Assembly: GCA_963827755.1 (NCBI GenBank)
Contig: CAWHCQ010000013.1
Location: 86,619 to 150,618 of the forward strand
Direction of reading: 5' to 3'
Length of the DNA: 64,000 nt
Origin: an uncultured Gammaproteobacteria bacterium
GTDB taxonomy: Bacteria; Pseudomonadota; Gammaproteobacteria; UBA9214
Both the position numbers and the translations under genes were made by a program. Under the pieces are notes generated by a model. That model had not been told where the DNA came from, searched no databases, and saw only the letters and a list, made by a program, of their open reading frames with translations. Below, piece after piece: positions 61,950-64,000 of this stretch (the stretch's first letter is position 1; every line of letters begins with the position of its first letter).

Positions 61950-62451
61950 CTTGTTGAAAAAGTACGGCAGCCTGTTTGCTTTGCTGCAATGCGTGGCAGC
62001 CGTTGCCACAGTGCAGGCGGCGGATGTTGTGCCTTCCCGCCTGATGGGCCTGGACCTGGCCCGTGACATCGCCCAGGGCGCCATCGATCACTGTCGCAAG
62101 GACGGTTACCAGGTCTCTGTCGTGGTGACGGATCGCAGCGGCGACGCGCTGGTCGTCATGCGTGACGTGTTCGTCAGCAAGTACATGACACAGCTGGCGC
62201 ACGGCAAGGCGAATGCCGTGGTGCTGTCCAACCTGAGTTCTGCCGAGGTGCGGGTCAACATGGCGCGTATCAGGGACGAGTTGAACCTGCTGGAGGGCGT
62301 GTTGCTGATGGAGGGTGGTTTGCCGATTCGTGTAGAGGGTTCCATGATCGGGGCCGTGGGTGTCAGTGGTGCGCCGGGCGGCGACAAGGACGAGGCCTGT
62401 GCGCAGAAGGGGATCGACGCGGTACAGGAGCGGCTGGATTTCGCGGACTAG
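61942..62451 (+). CDS. GlcG/HbpS-family heme-binding exported protein
   Basis: Signal peptide; VSVVVTDRSG, KA.A, GGLPI, IGAVGVSGAPGGDKDEACA. Confidence 0.88.
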   Translation: MNSLLKKYGSLFALLQCVAAVATVQAADVVPSRLMGLDLARDIAQGAIDHCRKDGYQVSVVVTDRSGDALVVMRDVFVSKYMTQLAHGKANAVVLSNLSSAEVRVNMARIRDELNLLEGVLLMEGGLPIRVEGSMIGAVGVSGAPGGDKDEACAQKGIDAVQERLDFAD

Positions 62452-62706
62452 CCCCGGCCGGAAGTGTGCGCTCGTGTCCGGTTGCCATGCCGGCCTGCCG
62501 CAACGGTCCGGACGATGCGGGGCGGGTCACGATCCTCTCAGGCCTGCGCAATGCCCGGGCATACGCGGGTACCGGCATCGAGGGTGGCCGCGATAAGGGC
62601 CGCCGGGCAGCCTCAGAGGACATGTATTCAGCCGTTCCAGGCCTTATAATAAGCGCTGTTCGCCTGCACCGGGTGCATGTCCCGGATTTTCACACGGTTA
62701 TTTTCC

Positions 62707-63694
62707 ATGTCCCGAACAGTTGTTTGTGCCCTCTACAAGTTCACCGCCCTGGATGATTACCGGGATTTACGCGAGCCCCTGCTTCAGGTAATGCAGGTGA
62801 ATCAGGTGCGCGGCACCCTGTTGCTCGCCAGTGAAGGCATCAATGGTACGGTCGCCGCTTCCCGCGCGGGTATCGATGTCTTGCTGGCCTGGCTGCGCAG
62901 CGATCCGCGCCTGGCGGATATCGATTGCAAGGAGTCCTTTACCGACGGCTTGCCATTCAAGCGTGCCAAGGTAAAGCTCAAGAAGGAAATCGTCACCATG
63001 GGTGTGCCCGGACTCGACCCGCGGCGCGTGGTGGGTACCTACGTCAGTCCGCGCGAGTGGAACCGGCTCATCAGCGACCCGAATGTGTTGCTGGTGGACA
63101 CCCGAAATGATTACGAGGTGGGAGTGGGTACGTTTAAAGATGCGATCAATCCTGCTACCGAATCATTCCGTGAATTCCCCCGGTTTGTGAGTGAGAATCT
63201 TGATTCGAAAAAACATAAAAAAGTTGCCATGTTCTGTACCGGCGGCATTCGCTGCGAGAAATCGACGGCCTACCTGAAAGAGCAGGGTTTCGAAGAGGTA
63301 TACCACCTCAAGGGCGGCATCCTGAAGTACCTCGAGGAAGTCCCGCAGGACGAGACGCTGTGGGAAGGCGAGTGTTTTGTATTTGATGATCGTGTCACGG
63401 TCAATCAGAAGCTGGAGAAGGGCAGTTACGATCAGTGCAATGCCTGCCGCCTGCCGATTACCGAGGCCGATAAGGCCAGTGAGCTGTACCAGCCGGGGGT
63501 GAGCTGTCCCCGCTGCCATGACAAATCATCGAGTGAGCAGAAGGCGCGCTACCGGGAACGGCAGCGACAAATGGATCTTGCGCAGGCAGCGCGGCAACGC
63601 CCACGTCGGCGACGATGCGGTGAGCAGTGCCGCGATCAACCGTAAAGCCAAGTTGCTCAGAAAGAAAACACAAAAGCCAGCTGTGCCGGGCTAG
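62707..63694 (+). CDS. trhO: tRNA U34 hydroxylase TrhO (rhodanese UPF0176), +1 frameshift near the C-terminus (about 63586)
   Basis: [45 protein letters not shown]. Removing one G restores QRGNAHVG... to TAG 63692-63694. Confidence 0.88.
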
Positions 63695-63807
63695 TGCACT
63701 AACCAGTTACCACTCATAAACGCTGTACATATTCTGGATCTTCCCCTGATCCAGTGGGCAACACATCAATTTAGACGAGACGTATTCTTTCTGATGGCAA
63801 GGTACTT

Positions 63808-63830
63808 GGCCGAATGAATTCGGCCCTACA
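63808..63830 (-). repeat. GTAG-family REP-like palindrome
   Basis: Minus strand reads TGTAGGGCCGAATTCATTCGGCC; lies between convergent genes. Confidence 0.65.
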
Positions 63831-63896
63831 ACGGTAATCTACCCACTCGATTTGGGGAAGAGCCAATATTCTCGCCAGGCCGCAAACATCGCAAGG

Positions 63897-64000
63897 TTAT
63901 TTCCTGCAGGTCAGTACCAGTTTGCCGATGGTCTGGCCGGACTCAAGGTCGCGGTGTGCCTCAGCCGCGGATTCGAATGGATAGGTCGTCACGGCTGGTA
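63897..64000 (-). CDS. C-terminus of an MDR-family (quinone oxidoreductase-like) dehydrogenase, partial
   Basis: Hand translation ...PAVTTYPFESAAEAHRDLESGQTIGKLVLTCRK*. Confidence 0.75.
   Translation of the reverse strand, partial: PAVTTYPFESAAEAHRDLESGQTIGKLVLTCRK

Overview
GC-rich gammaproteobacterial chromosomal segment; the gene content suggests, by inference only, a marine or sediment lithotroph-like lineage. The backbone is housekeeping: lgt-thyA-folA-roxA, lptD-surA-pdxA-rsmA-apaG-apaH, amgK/murU, lipA-lipB-ybeD, gnd-zwf-pgl, rhlE, a class I aldolase, a MoxR/Bat operon, a Kef-type antiporter and trhO. No rRNA, tRNA, CRISPR array, integrase or transposase was seen. Accessory signals: (i) two cargo genes (PAS-GGDEF and a metallophosphoesterase) sit between pdxA and rsmA, each behind a copy of the rsmA 5' end plus upstream DNA, the second copy deleted and decayed; (ii) a GCS2 ligase / M14 peptidase / glycosyltransferase triad follows murU; (iii) a DUF3524 (GTDC1/QTMAN-like) glycosyltransferase is coupled to a POT transporter; (iv) two FNR-type boxes lie ahead of a Bat operon whose TPR subunit carries a long acidic tandem repeat; (v) inverted arrays of heptamer and decamer repeats, plus REP-like elements; (vi) a dockerin-bearing atypical subtilase and a membrane-anchored phage-like protein. 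Five genes (lptD, the S8 protease, rhlE, tlpA, trhO) show frameshifts that look like sequencing indels. All family assignments come from motif recognition, not database searches.
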